In this document: in pieces, positions 39,661-49,037 of the stretch
How the letters are laid out: each line of letters begins with the position of its first letter
Numbering within the stretch: position 1 is the stretch's first letter
Origin: Bacteroidota bacterium
GTDB lineage: Bacteria > Bacteroidota > Bacteroidia > Flavobacteriales_C > GCA-002722245
Length of the DNA stretch: 64,000 nt
Reading direction: 5' to 3'
NCBI GenBank assembly: GCA_026390935.1
Contig: JAPLEZ010000153.1
Span: 4,052 to 68,051, forward strand
The notes under the pieces: generated by a model
What the model saw: only the letters and a program-made list of their open reading frames with translations
What the model was told of the DNA's origin: nothing
Database searches by the model: none
Position numbers and translations under genes: made by a program

Positions 39661-39674
39661 AAATTTAATTTCTG

Positions 39675-40847
39675 TTGATTATGAATTTTTCTGAAGTGAT
39701 TCATCCTGTTACGGTAAAAGAATTTTTTGACGACTATTACGAAAAAAAACCTTTGTACATTGCACGAAACAATCCTTCGTATTACCATACTTTCCTGAGT
39801 GTGCAGGAGATTGATGCTTATTTACAATTGAAGCAAACTTATGCGCCAAATGTGAAAATGGCTTTTCAAGGAAAGGAAGTTTCTCCATTGTTGTTTTGTG
39901 ATCCCGCAGGTTCTGTTGTGCCATTTAGAGTGAACCCTGATAAAATGCTCGACTTGTTCAAACAGGGTTACACCATTAAATACGATAAGTTGCACCAAAC
40001 CTATCCTCCCTTGGCGCAAAAGGTATCGGCCATTGAGCAGGAGATTGGCATTAAAATTAGAACGAGTTTGTACATTACTCCAGAAAATTCACAGGGATAC
40101 GGTGTTCATACCGACAGGCACGATGTGTTGGCGTTGCAAATTAATGGTGCAAAAATTTGGAAAGTGAAATCTTCCACAGAAATTTTGCCTTCGGTTTACC
40201 AAACCAATATTGCAGTGAATTGGACGGAAGAAGGTGTTCAGGAAATTTGTTTGAAGGCGGGAGATTTTTTTTACTGTCCGCGTGGATTAGCGCACGATGT
40301 GTTTACCAAAGATCAGTCGTCCATACACTATACCCTCGGATTCAAACCCGTGTACGGCTACAATCTCGTTGAAAAATTAAGCGCCTTGGCTTATAAAAAT
40401 TCTTTTTTCAGAAGTGCCGTTCCAAATAATTTTTCATCTGTTGCAGACAGGGATTCATACCAAAAGAGATGGCAAAAAGAATTGGAAGAAATAATTGCGT
40501 TGATGAATTTTGATGATGTTGATGTTTTGGGAGAAGAAGCGACAAAGCAGTCCCAAATAAATTTTGAAGCCGGCAGGTTTATTGCGCAAATTTATCAGCC
40601 TTCACTGAGCGATAAATTTGTTCTTTGTTCAATACCTTGGGAATTAACTTTTACAAAAGTGGCTTGCAGAATTGATATTCTTGGTGGAAAGCACGACTTT
40701 CCTTATTTGCTAAAAGAGTTTTTTGAGAATATTAAAAGCGATACGCTATTCTCTACTTCGCTGGATAAATTGAACTTAAATGATGCTCAAAAGTTGAAAT
40801 TGATCAAAAGATTATTGAAAATACAATTGATTCGAAAGGTTGATTAG
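39675..40847 (+). CDS. JmjC/cupin-4-family Fe(II)/2OG oxygenase (RoxA/YcfD-like ribosomal-oxygenase fold)
   Basis: GYGVHTDRHDVLALQINGAKIWKV (HxD) ... CPRGLAHDV (distal His). Confidence 0.55.
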   Translation: MIMNFSEVIHPVTVKEFFDDYYEKKPLYIARNNPSYYHTFLSVQEIDAYLQLKQTYAPNVKMAFQGKEVSPLLFCDPAGSVVPFRVNPDKMLDLFKQGYTIKYDKLHQTYPPLAQKVSAIEQEIGIKIRTSLYITPENSQGYGVHTDRHDVLALQINGAKIWKVKSSTEILPSVYQTNIAVNWTEEGVQEICLKAGDFFYCPRGLAHDVFTKDQSSIHYTLGFKPVYGYNLVEKLSALAYKNSFFRSAVPNNFSSVADRDSYQKRWQKELEEIIALMNFDDVDVLGEEATKQSQINFEAGRFIAQIYQPSLSDKFVLCSIPWELTFTKVACRIDILGGKHDFPYLLKEFFENIKSDTLFSTSLDKLNLNDAQKLKLIKRLLKIQLIRKVD

Positions 40848-40985
40848 GTGTGGTACTCAGCGTCTTCCCTTATGTTCAATATACCACCACCTAGCGTGGA
40901 ATCTAGCTCTAAATCAGTCATTGCAGGAGCAACCCATTGTTTTTTTTCTGGTGTCATAAGAATTAATTTTTTCAAAGATAGTAAT

Positions 40986-42005
40986 TTATAGTTTAGGATA
41001 CTGCATGCTGATGCAGTGAATGGAGCCATGCTGCTTGATTAGCGGAACACTGTTGATGGAAATAATCTCTTTATCAGGGAATATGCTTTGCATTATTTTC
41101 AGTGCCTCTGCGTCTTTGCTGGAATTGTAAATTGGAAACAAAATCGCATCATTCATAATTAAAAAATTGGCGTAGGTGGCCGGAAGTCTTTCGCCATCGT
41201 CATCATAAGCTGCATCAGCCATAGGGAGGGCAACGAGTTTGTATTTTTCACCTTGCAAATTAGTGCAACGTTGCAGTTCTTCTTCCATCTTGCTCAATTC
41301 GCTGTAATGCTCATCGTTGGGATCATCGCACTTCACATAGGCAATGGTATTTTCGTTGCAGAAACGTGCGAGGGTATCAATGTGACTGTCGGTATCGTCT
41401 CCAGCTAGATAACCATGATTGATCCAGATGACTTTTTCAACGTGCAGCAATTCCTTGAGTAGCTTTTCAATTTCGGTGATGGTCCATTGAGGATTACGGT
41501 TTTCTTCCAGCAAACATTCGCTGGTAGTCATTAGCACGCCTTGTCCGTCTACTTCCAAGGATCCGCCTTCTAGCACAATGTGGTTTAAATCTTTTATTGT
41601 CCAGGAGGAAGGAAAAGCTTTTGCATCATAAAGTTTTTGAGTGATGGCGCTGTCTTTTTCAGCAGCGAATTTTTTGCCCCAGCCGTTGAATTGAAAATCT
41701 AAAACAACAGGCTTTCCATTTTCTAAAATGGTAATTCCGCCGTGATCTCTTGCCCAGGTATCGTTCACATCACATTGGTAAATTTCAATGTTGTTGAGGT
41801 TACAATGTTGCACATAAGATTTTACTTCTTCCACATTTTGTGCGGCGATGATGAGTTTTTGACGCTTTGCAATTTCAAAAGCAATTTTTTTGTAGCACTC
41901 TTGAACCTCATCCCAAATGTCGGCCCAGTCGGTGTTTTGGTGAGGCCAGGTGAGTTGTACCGCGCTTTGCGGAAACCATTCGGGGGGGAAGAAGTTATGA
42001 TTCAT
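40986..42005 (-). CDS. Agmatine deiminase / Porphyromonas-type peptidylarginine deiminase family protein
   Basis: N-term FFPPEWFPQSAVQLTWPHQNTDW (cf. AguA MPAEWEPH..TWMxWP), C-term GSIHCISMQ (catalytic Cys, cf. GGIHCITQQ). Confidence 0.75.
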   Translation of the reverse strand: MNHNFFPPEWFPQSAVQLTWPHQNTDWADIWDEVQECYKKIAFEIAKRQKLIIAAQNVEEVKSYVQHCNLNNIEIYQCDVNDTWARDHGGITILENGKPVVLDFQFNGWGKKFAAEKDSAITQKLYDAKAFPSSWTIKDLNHIVLEGGSLEVDGQGVLMTTSECLLEENRNPQWTITEIEKLLKELLHVEKVIWINHGYLAGDDTDSHIDTLARFCNENTIAYVKCDDPNDEHYSELSKMEEELQRCTNLQGEKYKLVALPMADAAYDDDGERLPATYANFLIMNDAILFPIYNSSKDAEALKIMQSIFPDKEIISINSVPLIKQHGSIHCISMQYPKL

Positions 42006-42032
42006 CTTGTAGTTTTGAGGTAAAAATAATTT

Positions 42033-44321
42033 TTATTTTCCTATTAAAGGTTTTTCAATTTCAAAGCTATCTACTTGATTGCAATAACATAGGAAGGCAA
42101 CGCTTTTCAAGTCTACAATCATTTGATTTTCTTTTAGAATTTGTTCTTGTTTTTTTTCTGCATCCGATGGTCCTTTTTTACTTGTCCATTGTATTCTTGG
42201 AAATGCTATAGCGCTGTTGGAGATGGATTGTGTAAGTATTTTATCGACATCCTCCATTCTTTTTTGCAAATCACCATCCACTTTAAAAGTTTTCATTTGT
42301 GCTCGAATATCCTGAATACTGGTAAGCATTAAATTTACTTCAATTTGTTGTGAAGCATAAGGATTATAACGCAACGCGAACCATTGGTAGGCATCTCCTT
42401 TTTTATCGATGGCCATGCAATAGGTGTTTTTCATTTGTTGTCCTTCTGCACTTTTTTCCAAAGGGAACAATGCTGTTGCAAAACCATTTTCAATATTGAG
42501 CGGAGTTACATTGTTGATTGTGTTTAACCATTGATAAATTTCAGTAGTACCTGCCATGTTATTAATTTTCATTTTTAAAGAAATGAAACCGTTTGAAAGA
42601 ATATGTAAATAAGCATCAATGTTTACCCAGCCGCTTTTTGCCCAGTTGAAGGCATGAGAGTTAGCAGTGGCAACAGATCTTTTAGGTAAGTTATTCGCCA
42701 TTTTTTCTGCCCTTTCGTTTTCTTTTTTAATTGTTGCAGCAAGATCATTCAATTCTTTTGTCTGCATGTTTTTCCATGTGCTGATTAGGTCTGTTTGTGC
42801 TTTTTGATATTCATTTCTTTTTTTGGAATAGTAGGCCGAAAGTTGTTCTTGATAAATAGCAGCATCTTTAATATTGGTGCATTTTTGTGATGCAAAATTT
42901 TCAAAAATGTTTTTGTCTTTTCCACTTAATTTTTCTGCTACCAAGGAATCAGAAACACATAAATCCTGATTCAAATGATCAACATAAATTTTAAGCATTG
43001 CATCTCCGCTATCGAGTTTGTGTAAAGCACGCACTCTGTCTTCAAATTCTTTTGTTGCGATAAAACTTTTGGAAAACTCTTTGGTTTTAATGGTTTTGAT
43101 GGAGGAGGGATTGATTCCGCATGAGATTTTTTTTTGATTGCTAAAAGCAGTAGCAGTCGCAATAGCATCAGATCCATAATATGTTGAATCCATTCCTCCC
43201 TTATTGTTGCGGATGATTGATGTAGTAATCTTTTCTGATCTAGGTTTCAATGCAAGAGGCACTAATGTTCTTGTGCTTTGCTCTAAGCTATAATACAAAC
43301 TATCCACTAAGTCTTTATTCGCTTTTTTATGATTTTTGTATGGAACATAAGTCTCCACCTTTTGAGTAAAACCTTCCGGTAAAAAATCCAAATCTTTCAA
43401 CGGAACATTCACCAAATATTTTTTTAATGCTTTTGGATTTTCCCAGTTTAATTTTCCGTTTTCTTGCACTTTTCCTTCAAAGGCCATCATTCCATCTTTT
43501 ATTTCGTTTGTAGGAATTTCAATATACAAGGGACGAGCAGGATTGATTTTAACTTCTTTGTTGTTGCTAACTGCTCTGATGTGTAGCATCCCTCCGCTTT
43601 CCAACGGAGTACCGTTAGATGTGGTTCCGAGATTGTACAATATCATATCTTCTAAGTTGAGGGCTTCCACCAATTCAACAACAACTTCACCTTGCACTAC
43701 TTGATTGTTATCGTCCACAAATGCGTTAGATGGAACAATAATTAAAGTTCCTTCCTTTCCTTCGATGGTAGTGCTTTTTGCTGCATCCATAGGAAAGATT
43801 TGTACATCAGGTTTTACCCATGTATTCAATCCGTTAAAATTGTAGCAGTCATTTACTTTTTCTTTCGGAGTTGTATTGGCAACTATATTTTTTGAAGTTC
43901 CGGCAAAAGATTGTTGTTGTGTGTTAGCTGTTGTTGTGCTGTTTTCTTTTTTTACTTCCGGAAGTGCTTCACTCGTTTCTTCTTCTTTTGTGATAGTGCT
44001 GATTTCTTTTGTAGGAGCTTCAGTTTTTTCTGCTTCTTTTGGGTAGAAAAAATATGCGGAAGCGCTTATTGCAATGATAATTCCCGCAATGATGGCAATG
44101 TTCCCTGCATTGAATCCTCCATTGCCTTTAGCTGCTTTTTTAATCTCTTTCCTTATTCCAATTCTTTTGGCTGTTTGAATAATATCTTTTTGAATTTGCA
44201 CCTGCTGCTGCAACTCAGCATTTTCGTTCAATGCAGATTCAAAATCTTCTTTTTCTTTTCCCGATAATTCACCATTCAGGTACTTATCGATCAGTTCTAT
44301 ATTTTCCAATGACGGTCTCAT
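42033..44321 (-). CDS. Putative anti-sigma factor: N-terminal cytoplasmic anti-sigma-like segment, single TM, large extracytoplasmic domain
   Basis: N-term IDKYLNGELSGKEKEDFESAL typical of Bacteroidetes anti-sigma proteins; TM IAIIAGIIIAISASAYFFY; immediately downstream of ECF sigma gene. Confidence 0.4.
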   Translation of the reverse strand: MRPSLENIELIDKYLNGELSGKEKEDFESALNENAELQQQVQIQKDIIQTAKRIGIRKEIKKAAKGNGGFNAGNIAIIAGIIIAISASAYFFYPKEAEKTEAPTKEISTITKEEETSEALPEVKKENSTTTANTQQQSFAGTSKNIVANTTPKEKVNDCYNFNGLNTWVKPDVQIFPMDAAKSTTIEGKEGTLIIVPSNAFVDDNNQVVQGEVVVELVEALNLEDMILYNLGTTSNGTPLESGGMLHIRAVSNNKEVKINPARPLYIEIPTNEIKDGMMAFEGKVQENGKLNWENPKALKKYLVNVPLKDLDFLPEGFTQKVETYVPYKNHKKANKDLVDSLYYSLEQSTRTLVPLALKPRSEKITTSIIRNNKGGMDSTYYGSDAIATATAFSNQKKISCGINPSSIKTIKTKEFSKSFIATKEFEDRVRALHKLDSGDAMLKIYVDHLNQDLCVSDSLVAEKLSGKDKNIFENFASQKCTNIKDAAIYQEQLSAYYSKKRNEYQKAQTDLISTWKNMQTKELNDLAATIKKENERAEKMANNLPKRSVATANSHAFNWAKSGWVNIDAYLHILSNGFISLKMKINNMAGTTEIYQWLNTINNVTPLNIENGFATALFPLEKSAEGQQMKNTYCMAIDKKGDAYQWFALRYNPYASQQIEVNLMLTSIQDIRAQMKTFKVDGDLQKRMEDVDKILTQSISNSAIAFPRIQWTSKKGPSDAEKKQEQILKENQMIVDLKSVAFLCYCNQVDSFEIEKPLIGK

Positions 44322-44325
44322 ATCC

Positions 44326-44874
44326 TTACTTTTTAGGTTTGTGATCAGCAGCCAGGCGGATGGCCTGCTCCATGCATTTGTACTTTTGTGTTTTGGCCGA
44401 ATTCACGGAAGAGAATCCCAATGCCGCAGCTAAATTTTCCATGGATTCTTTTTTAAAGTAGAATCGCTCAAAAATTTCCTGGCACTTTGCCGAGAGTGAA
44501 GAAATAATACGTTCCATAGCAACGAATTTTTCTTCTTGTACATGATCATAACCGATGTCTTGTTCGGATATTATTAGAGTGTCACTCCATTCCAATTCTT
44601 GTGTTTTATTTTGTTTGCGCAATTGGTTTTTCCACAATAAGCGAGCGATGCCATAGAGATAGGTGGATAATTTTGAAGTGAGTTCAAATTTCGGATCGCT
44701 GACTTTTTCAATGAGCAGCAATAAACTATCATTAAAAATTTCTTCAGCACTTTCTGTATTTCCACCCGATGTGATGATGTTGTGCTTTATTTTTGGGAAC
44801 TCTTTGTAGAGAACCTTCAAAGCTTTTTCCCTTTGGCCCTCCCTTATTTTACTAATTATTTCATGGTCTTCCAT
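44326..44874 (-). CDS. RNA polymerase ECF-type sigma-70 factor
   Basis: 182 aa; region-2-like KEFPKIKHNIITSGGNTESAEEIFNDSLLLLIEKV and region-4 HTH (SMENLAAALGFSSVNSAKTQKYKCMEQ). Confidence 0.65.
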   Translation of the reverse strand: MEDHEIISKIREGQREKALKVLYKEFPKIKHNIITSGGNTESAEEIFNDSLLLLIEKVSDPKFELTSKLSTYLYGIARLLWKNQLRKQNKTQELEWSDTLIISEQDIGYDHVQEEKFVAMERIISSLSAKCQEIFERFYFKKESMENLAAALGFSSVNSAKTQKYKCMEQAIRLAADHKPKK

Positions 44875-44951
44875 AAATGCTTTTTTGTATTTATGTCAGA
44901 GTTGGGGAAAAGGTAACCATGAAATGGAAAATAGATTCTTTAATTTGTGGA

Positions 44952-45251
44952 TTATGCAGCCTTTCGTATGTGTTTTTTAATGCTTTGAAATTCTTTTTCC
45001 TTATGATTTTGTTCTTCTTCAATATCAAAATCATCTTGTAAACCCAACCAGAATTTTGGGGAATTACCAAAATACAAACTCAAGCGCAAGGCGGTGTCAG
45101 CGGTAATTCTTCTTTTTCCTTTTATTATTTCTGATAAGCGGGTTTGAGGAATAGAAATTTCTTTAGAGAGGCGGTAAGCAGTTATTTCTAAAGGCAATAG
45201 AAATTCTTCCATTAATATTTCTCCCGGGTGTATGTTTTTAAGTTTTGTCAT
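44952..45251 (-). CDS. higA: HigA-family antitoxin / XRE-type HTH protein (no cognate toxin gene adjacent)
   Basis: HPGEILMEEFLLPLEITAYRLSKEISIPQTRLSEIIKGKRRITADTALRLSLYFGNSPKFWLGLQDDFD - canonical HigA pattern. Confidence 0.65.
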   Translation of the reverse strand: MTKLKNIHPGEILMEEFLLPLEITAYRLSKEISIPQTRLSEIIKGKRRITADTALRLSLYFGNSPKFWLGLQDDFDIEEEQNHKEKEFQSIKKHIRKAA

Positions 45252-45283
45252 AATTCACAAATATATTTTTTATTCTATTTTGA

Positions 45284-45390
45284 GGGCGATAGATCCTTCC
45301 TTCGTCAGGAGGACAAATGTGATTCATTTCCTGAAGTGTATTTTCGAATATGCTTGTCCTCCTGACGAAGGAAGGATCTATCGCCCTCCT
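45284..45390. repeat. Perfect 35-bp inverted repeat (45284-45318 / 45356-45390) with 37-nt loop immediately 3' of asnS
   Basis: gagggcgatagatccttccttcgtcaggaggacaa ... ttgtcctcctgacgaaggaaggatctatcgccctc read directly. Confidence 0.7.
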
Positions 45391-45392
45391 CA

Positions 45393-46847
45393 TCAAAACT
45401 CCGCTGTTTTAGGTGCCCGTGGAAAAGGAATCACATCACGTATATTGCTCATGCCAGAGATGAACAACATCAATCTTTCAAAGCCCAATCCGAAGCCAGC
45501 ATGCGGAGCCGAGCCAAAGCGGCGTGTATCCAAATACCACCAAATATCTTTTTCGGGAATGTTAAAGCGTTTGATGGCTTCTATCAACTTGTCGTAATTG
45601 TCTTCGCGCTGCGATCCGCCAATGATTTCACCGATGCCAGGAACCAGCACGTCCATAGCTGCTACAGTTTTTCCATCATCATTTTGTTTCATGTAGAAAG
45701 CTTTGATGGCTGCAGGATAGTTGGTGACGATGACTGGTTTTTTGAAATGTTTTTCTACCAAATATTTTTCGTGTTCGCTTTGCATATCAAAACCCCACTC
45801 ACCAATAGGAAATTGAAATTTTCCAGCTTTGTGTGGTTTTGAATTTTTGAGAATGTCGATGGCTTCTGTGTAAGTGATGCGCTCAAATTTATTGTTGAGG
45901 ACGAAGCGCAATTTCTCAATCAAATCCATTTCACTGCGTTGTTCTTTTGGCTTGTCTTTTTCTTCATCGATCAAACGTTGTTTCAAAAACTCCAGATCGT
46001 CCATGTTGTTTTCCAGTGCATAAGCGATGAGGTATTTAATGAAATCTTCGGCGAGGTCCATGTTCTCTGTAATTTCATTGAAAGCCACTTCGGGTTCTAT
46101 CATCCAGAATTCAGCGAGATGACGGGTGGTATTTGAATTTTCGGCGCGGAAAGTTGGACCGAAAGTGTAAATTTTTCCCAGCGCCATGGCGGCCAGTTCA
46201 CCGTTCAATTGTCCGGAAACAGTGAGGTTGGTTTCTTTTCCAAAGAAGTCCTGTTTATAATCCACAGAACCATCTTCTTTCAAAGGTGGATTTTTAGGGT
46301 CGAGAGTGGTTACACGAAACATTTCGCCAGCGCCTTCACAGTCGGATCCGGTGATGATGGGCGTATGCACATTAAAAAATCCACGGTCGTTGTAAAATTT
46401 ATGAATGGCGAAAGTCATGGCGTGGCGCAAGCGCAATATAGCGCTGAAGGTATTGGTGCGCGGACGCAGATGCCCTATTTCTCTCAAAAATTCCAGCGAA
46501 TGCTTTTTAGGTTGCAGAGGATATTTTTCGGGATCGGCTTCGCCCAAAATTTCAAACGATGTTACCTGAATTTCAACAGCTTGTCCGGAACCACTTGATT
46601 CCATTAGTTTTCCTGATATGGAGAGACAAGCACCAACAGAAATTCCTTTGGTTTGGTCGGCCGACACTTTATCAAGATCAATTACCGCCTGTATGTTATT
46701 GATTGTGGAACCGTCATTCAAAATCACAAAGCGGTTGCTTCTAAAGAAACGTACCCAGCCTTTTACTACTATTTCTTTACCGAAATCCTTTGCTATCAGT
46801 AGCTCTTTGATGGAACTTTGCTTCGTTTTATATGTGCTGCTGCTCAT
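45393..46847 (-). CDS. asnS: Asparaginyl-tRNA synthetase (class II)
   Basis: 484 aa; motif 2 [21 protein letters not shown], motif 3 [16 protein letters not shown]-terminal OB-fold. Confidence 0.8.
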   Translation of the reverse strand: MSSSTYKTKQSSIKELLIAKDFGKEIVVKGWVRFFRSNRFVILNDGSTINNIQAVIDLDKVSADQTKGISVGACLSISGKLMESSGSGQAVEIQVTSFEILGEADPEKYPLQPKKHSLEFLREIGHLRPRTNTFSAILRLRHAMTFAIHKFYNDRGFFNVHTPIITGSDCEGAGEMFRVTTLDPKNPPLKEDGSVDYKQDFFGKETNLTVSGQLNGELAAMALGKIYTFGPTFRAENSNTTRHLAEFWMIEPEVAFNEITENMDLAEDFIKYLIAYALENNMDDLEFLKQRLIDEEKDKPKEQRSEMDLIEKLRFVLNNKFERITYTEAIDILKNSKPHKAGKFQFPIGEWGFDMQSEHEKYLVEKHFKKPVIVTNYPAAIKAFYMKQNDDGKTVAAMDVLVPGIGEIIGGSQREDNYDKLIEAIKRFNIPEKDIWWYLDTRRFGSAPHAGFGLGFERLMLFISGMSNIRDVIPFPRAPKTAEF

Positions 46848-47029
46848 TGTTTTGGTTGTTTTTTTGAGCTCTAAAAGTAAGTAAAAAGTTTAGAGAATTC
46901 GCCGTGTTAATTGTGCTTTTAACCGTACAAATTTTACCATTCACCTATTTTAGGGAAACGAATTTGTTAAAACATTGTATCGGTTGGGAAATTGATTTAC
47001 ATTTGGAAACATTTAAAAATATTAGCACT

Positions 47030-47680
47030 ATGGAAGGTCAGGAATACGAGTTGTATCGCAGAACTACAGAAGTATACATGAAAAACGGTATCAAGAACAT
47101 TACCATGGATGACATGGCGAAGGAATTGAAGGTTTCCAAAAAAACATTGTACAAGTACGTGAAAGATCGTCCGGAATTGGCTGCAAAGTCGATGGAGTGG
47201 AAGTTGGCCTATGATAAAAAATTTGTGAATGACATCTTAGCCAAAAATTTAAACGCAATAGAAGAATTGTGTGAGATCAGTAATTTTTATTGCGCTAATC
47301 TGATGCAAATGCATCCTAGTTTGCATTTCGATTTAGAAAAATATTATCGTCACGCTTGGGAGCAGTTCATTGAATACCGAAATTCGTTTTTGTACAACAC
47401 TATGTTGTCAAACGTTAATAAAGGCATCAGAGATGGATTGTACAGAGCAGATTTCGACATTGAAGTGATAGTTACATTGTATATCATGAAAGTGGATATG
47501 GTTTTTGATCCGAGGGTTTTCCCAATTTCAAAATTCAAATTTGCTGAGGTATATATTGAAATGGTGAAATATCATTTATCGGGAATCGCTAGTGAAAAGG
47601 GTTTGAAAGAAATGCATCGATTACTGGAGACCAAATGTTTGGGAATACCAAAAAATCCTGATTTACAATTAGCATCATAG
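47030..47680 (+). CDS. TetR/AcrR-family transcriptional regulator (start moved to internal ATG)
   Basis: N-terminal HTH ITMDDMAKELKVSKKTLYKYVKDRPEL; precedes efflux operon. Confidence 0.6.
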   Translation: MEGQEYELYRRTTEVYMKNGIKNITMDDMAKELKVSKKTLYKYVKDRPELAAKSMEWKLAYDKKFVNDILAKNLNAIEELCEISNFYCANLMQMHPSLHFDLEKYYRHAWEQFIEYRNSFLYNTMLSNVNKGIRDGLYRADFDIEVIVTLYIMKVDMVFDPRVFPISKFKFAEVYIEMVKYHLSGIASEKGLKEMHRLLETKCLGIPKNPDLQLAS

Positions 47681-47700
47681 ACAGATAATACAACTTAAAA

Positions 47701-49026
47701 ATGAAAAAGAATTTTTTTCTATTGGCTTTAAGCTTTTGCTCATCTGTAGCATTTGCACAAGAGTTTACCTTGAAGGAAGCCATTGATTATGCGATAGCCA
47801 ATAATGCAAATCATAAAAATGTAATCATCGATCAGCAAATTGCGAACATGAAGCAAAAGGAGATCAGGGGAATTGGTCTTCCGCAGATTGGCGCCAGTAT
47901 TGAAGCACAGGATTTTGTAAAAATCCCAACATCTTTAATTCCAGCATCAGCTTTCGGTGGCCCTGAAGGGCAATATCTTCCGGTTCAATTTGGTATCCAG
48001 TACAACATGTCGGCGGGAGTTCAGATTTCTCAATTGATTTTCAATAGTGATTATATTGTGGCTCTGCAGGCTTCAAAATCATTTATGGAGTTGGCACAAA
48101 AAAATGTGGATCGTTCAAAAGTAGAAGTCACTGTTGCGGTAACAAAAGCATACTACAATGTTTTGGTCACCAAAGAGCGCGCTAGTTTGCTGGATGTTCA
48201 GGTGGAAAGAGTGAAGAAATTGTTGGATCAGATGCAGGCCATGCATCAAAGCGGAATGGTTGAAAAATTAGATGTGGACCGAATTACTTTAACCTATAAC
48301 AATTTGCTTTCTGAAAAGGAAAAAGTAGCCCGTTTAATTGAGTTGACCCAATATCTTTTAAAGTTTCAAATGGGGTTGAATATCCAATCTCCAATTGTAT
48401 TGAAAGATTCATTGAATCTGAATTTGGAAGTGCAGGAAGCTCCTGTGTTAAGCGGCAAGTTTGATTATGGAATCCGTTCGGATTATTCTATGGCTCAGCT
48501 GCAGTTGAAGATGAACGAGTTGGATTTGAAAAGATACCAGATGAAATGGATGCCATCAATATTTGCTTACGGAAGTTTTAGTGAAAATGCGATGCGTCCG
48601 GAATTTAGTTTTTTTGATTTTAGTCAGAAATGGTATCCAACAGGAATCGTTGGTGTGAAAATGAGTATTCCGGTTTGGGATGGCGGACAAACTTATTTTC
48701 TCAAACAACAGGCAAAACTGAATGTTACAAAAACACAAAATACCATCACCTACATTGAAAGTGCAATTGATTTGGAGATTCAATCTTCTGCTACCATGTA
48801 CAAAAATGCTTTGCTTGCCCTTACTTCTGAAAAAGCGAACATGAAGCTGGCTGAAGAAGTTTATTCGGTTTCAAAAGTAAAATACGAACAAGGAGTGGGA
48901 TCTGTGCTGGAAGTGATCAATGGCGAAGCTTCTTTGAAAGAGGCACTGGTAAATTATTATAGCGCAATGTACGAATACATGATCGCTAAAACCGATTACG
49001 AAAGAGCAACGGGAATCATCAAATAA
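47701..49026 (+). CDS. TolC-family outer-membrane efflux protein
   Basis: Signal peptide MKKNFFLLALSFCSSVAFAQ, two-repeat coiled-coil/beta architecture, first gene of OMP-MFP-RND operon. Confidence 0.7.
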   Translation: MKKNFFLLALSFCSSVAFAQEFTLKEAIDYAIANNANHKNVIIDQQIANMKQKEIRGIGLPQIGASIEAQDFVKIPTSLIPASAFGGPEGQYLPVQFGIQYNMSAGVQISQLIFNSDYIVALQASKSFMELAQKNVDRSKVEVTVAVTKAYYNVLVTKERASLLDVQVERVKKLLDQMQAMHQSGMVEKLDVDRITLTYNNLLSEKEKVARLIELTQYLLKFQMGLNIQSPIVLKDSLNLNLEVQEAPVLSGKFDYGIRSDYSMAQLQLKMNELDLKRYQMKWMPSIFAYGSFSENAMRPEFSFFDFSQKWYPTGIVGVKMSIPVWDGGQTYFLKQQAKLNVTKTQNTITYIESAIDLEIQSSATMYKNALLALTSEKANMKLAEEVYSVSKVKYEQGVGSVLEVINGEASLKEALVNYYSAMYEYMIAKTDYERATGIIK

Positions 49027-49037
49027 GAATATAAAAT

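Noticed and set aside
40986-42005. Housekeeping agmatine deiminase of the polyamine pathway, as opposed to a RiPP tailoring enzyme
   Set aside because: Not fully rejected. There is no adjacent aguB/N-carbamoylputrescine amidase or arginine decarboxylase, and the gene sits at the edge of a cluster whose substrates all contain Arg, so the tailoring interpretation is kept as a hypothesis.
46904-47029. N-terminal 42 codons of the TetR ORF in the track
   Set aside because: Upstream extension translates to hydrophobic low-complexity sequence over the likely promoter/operator region; internal ATG at 47030 gives a canonical TetR N-terminus
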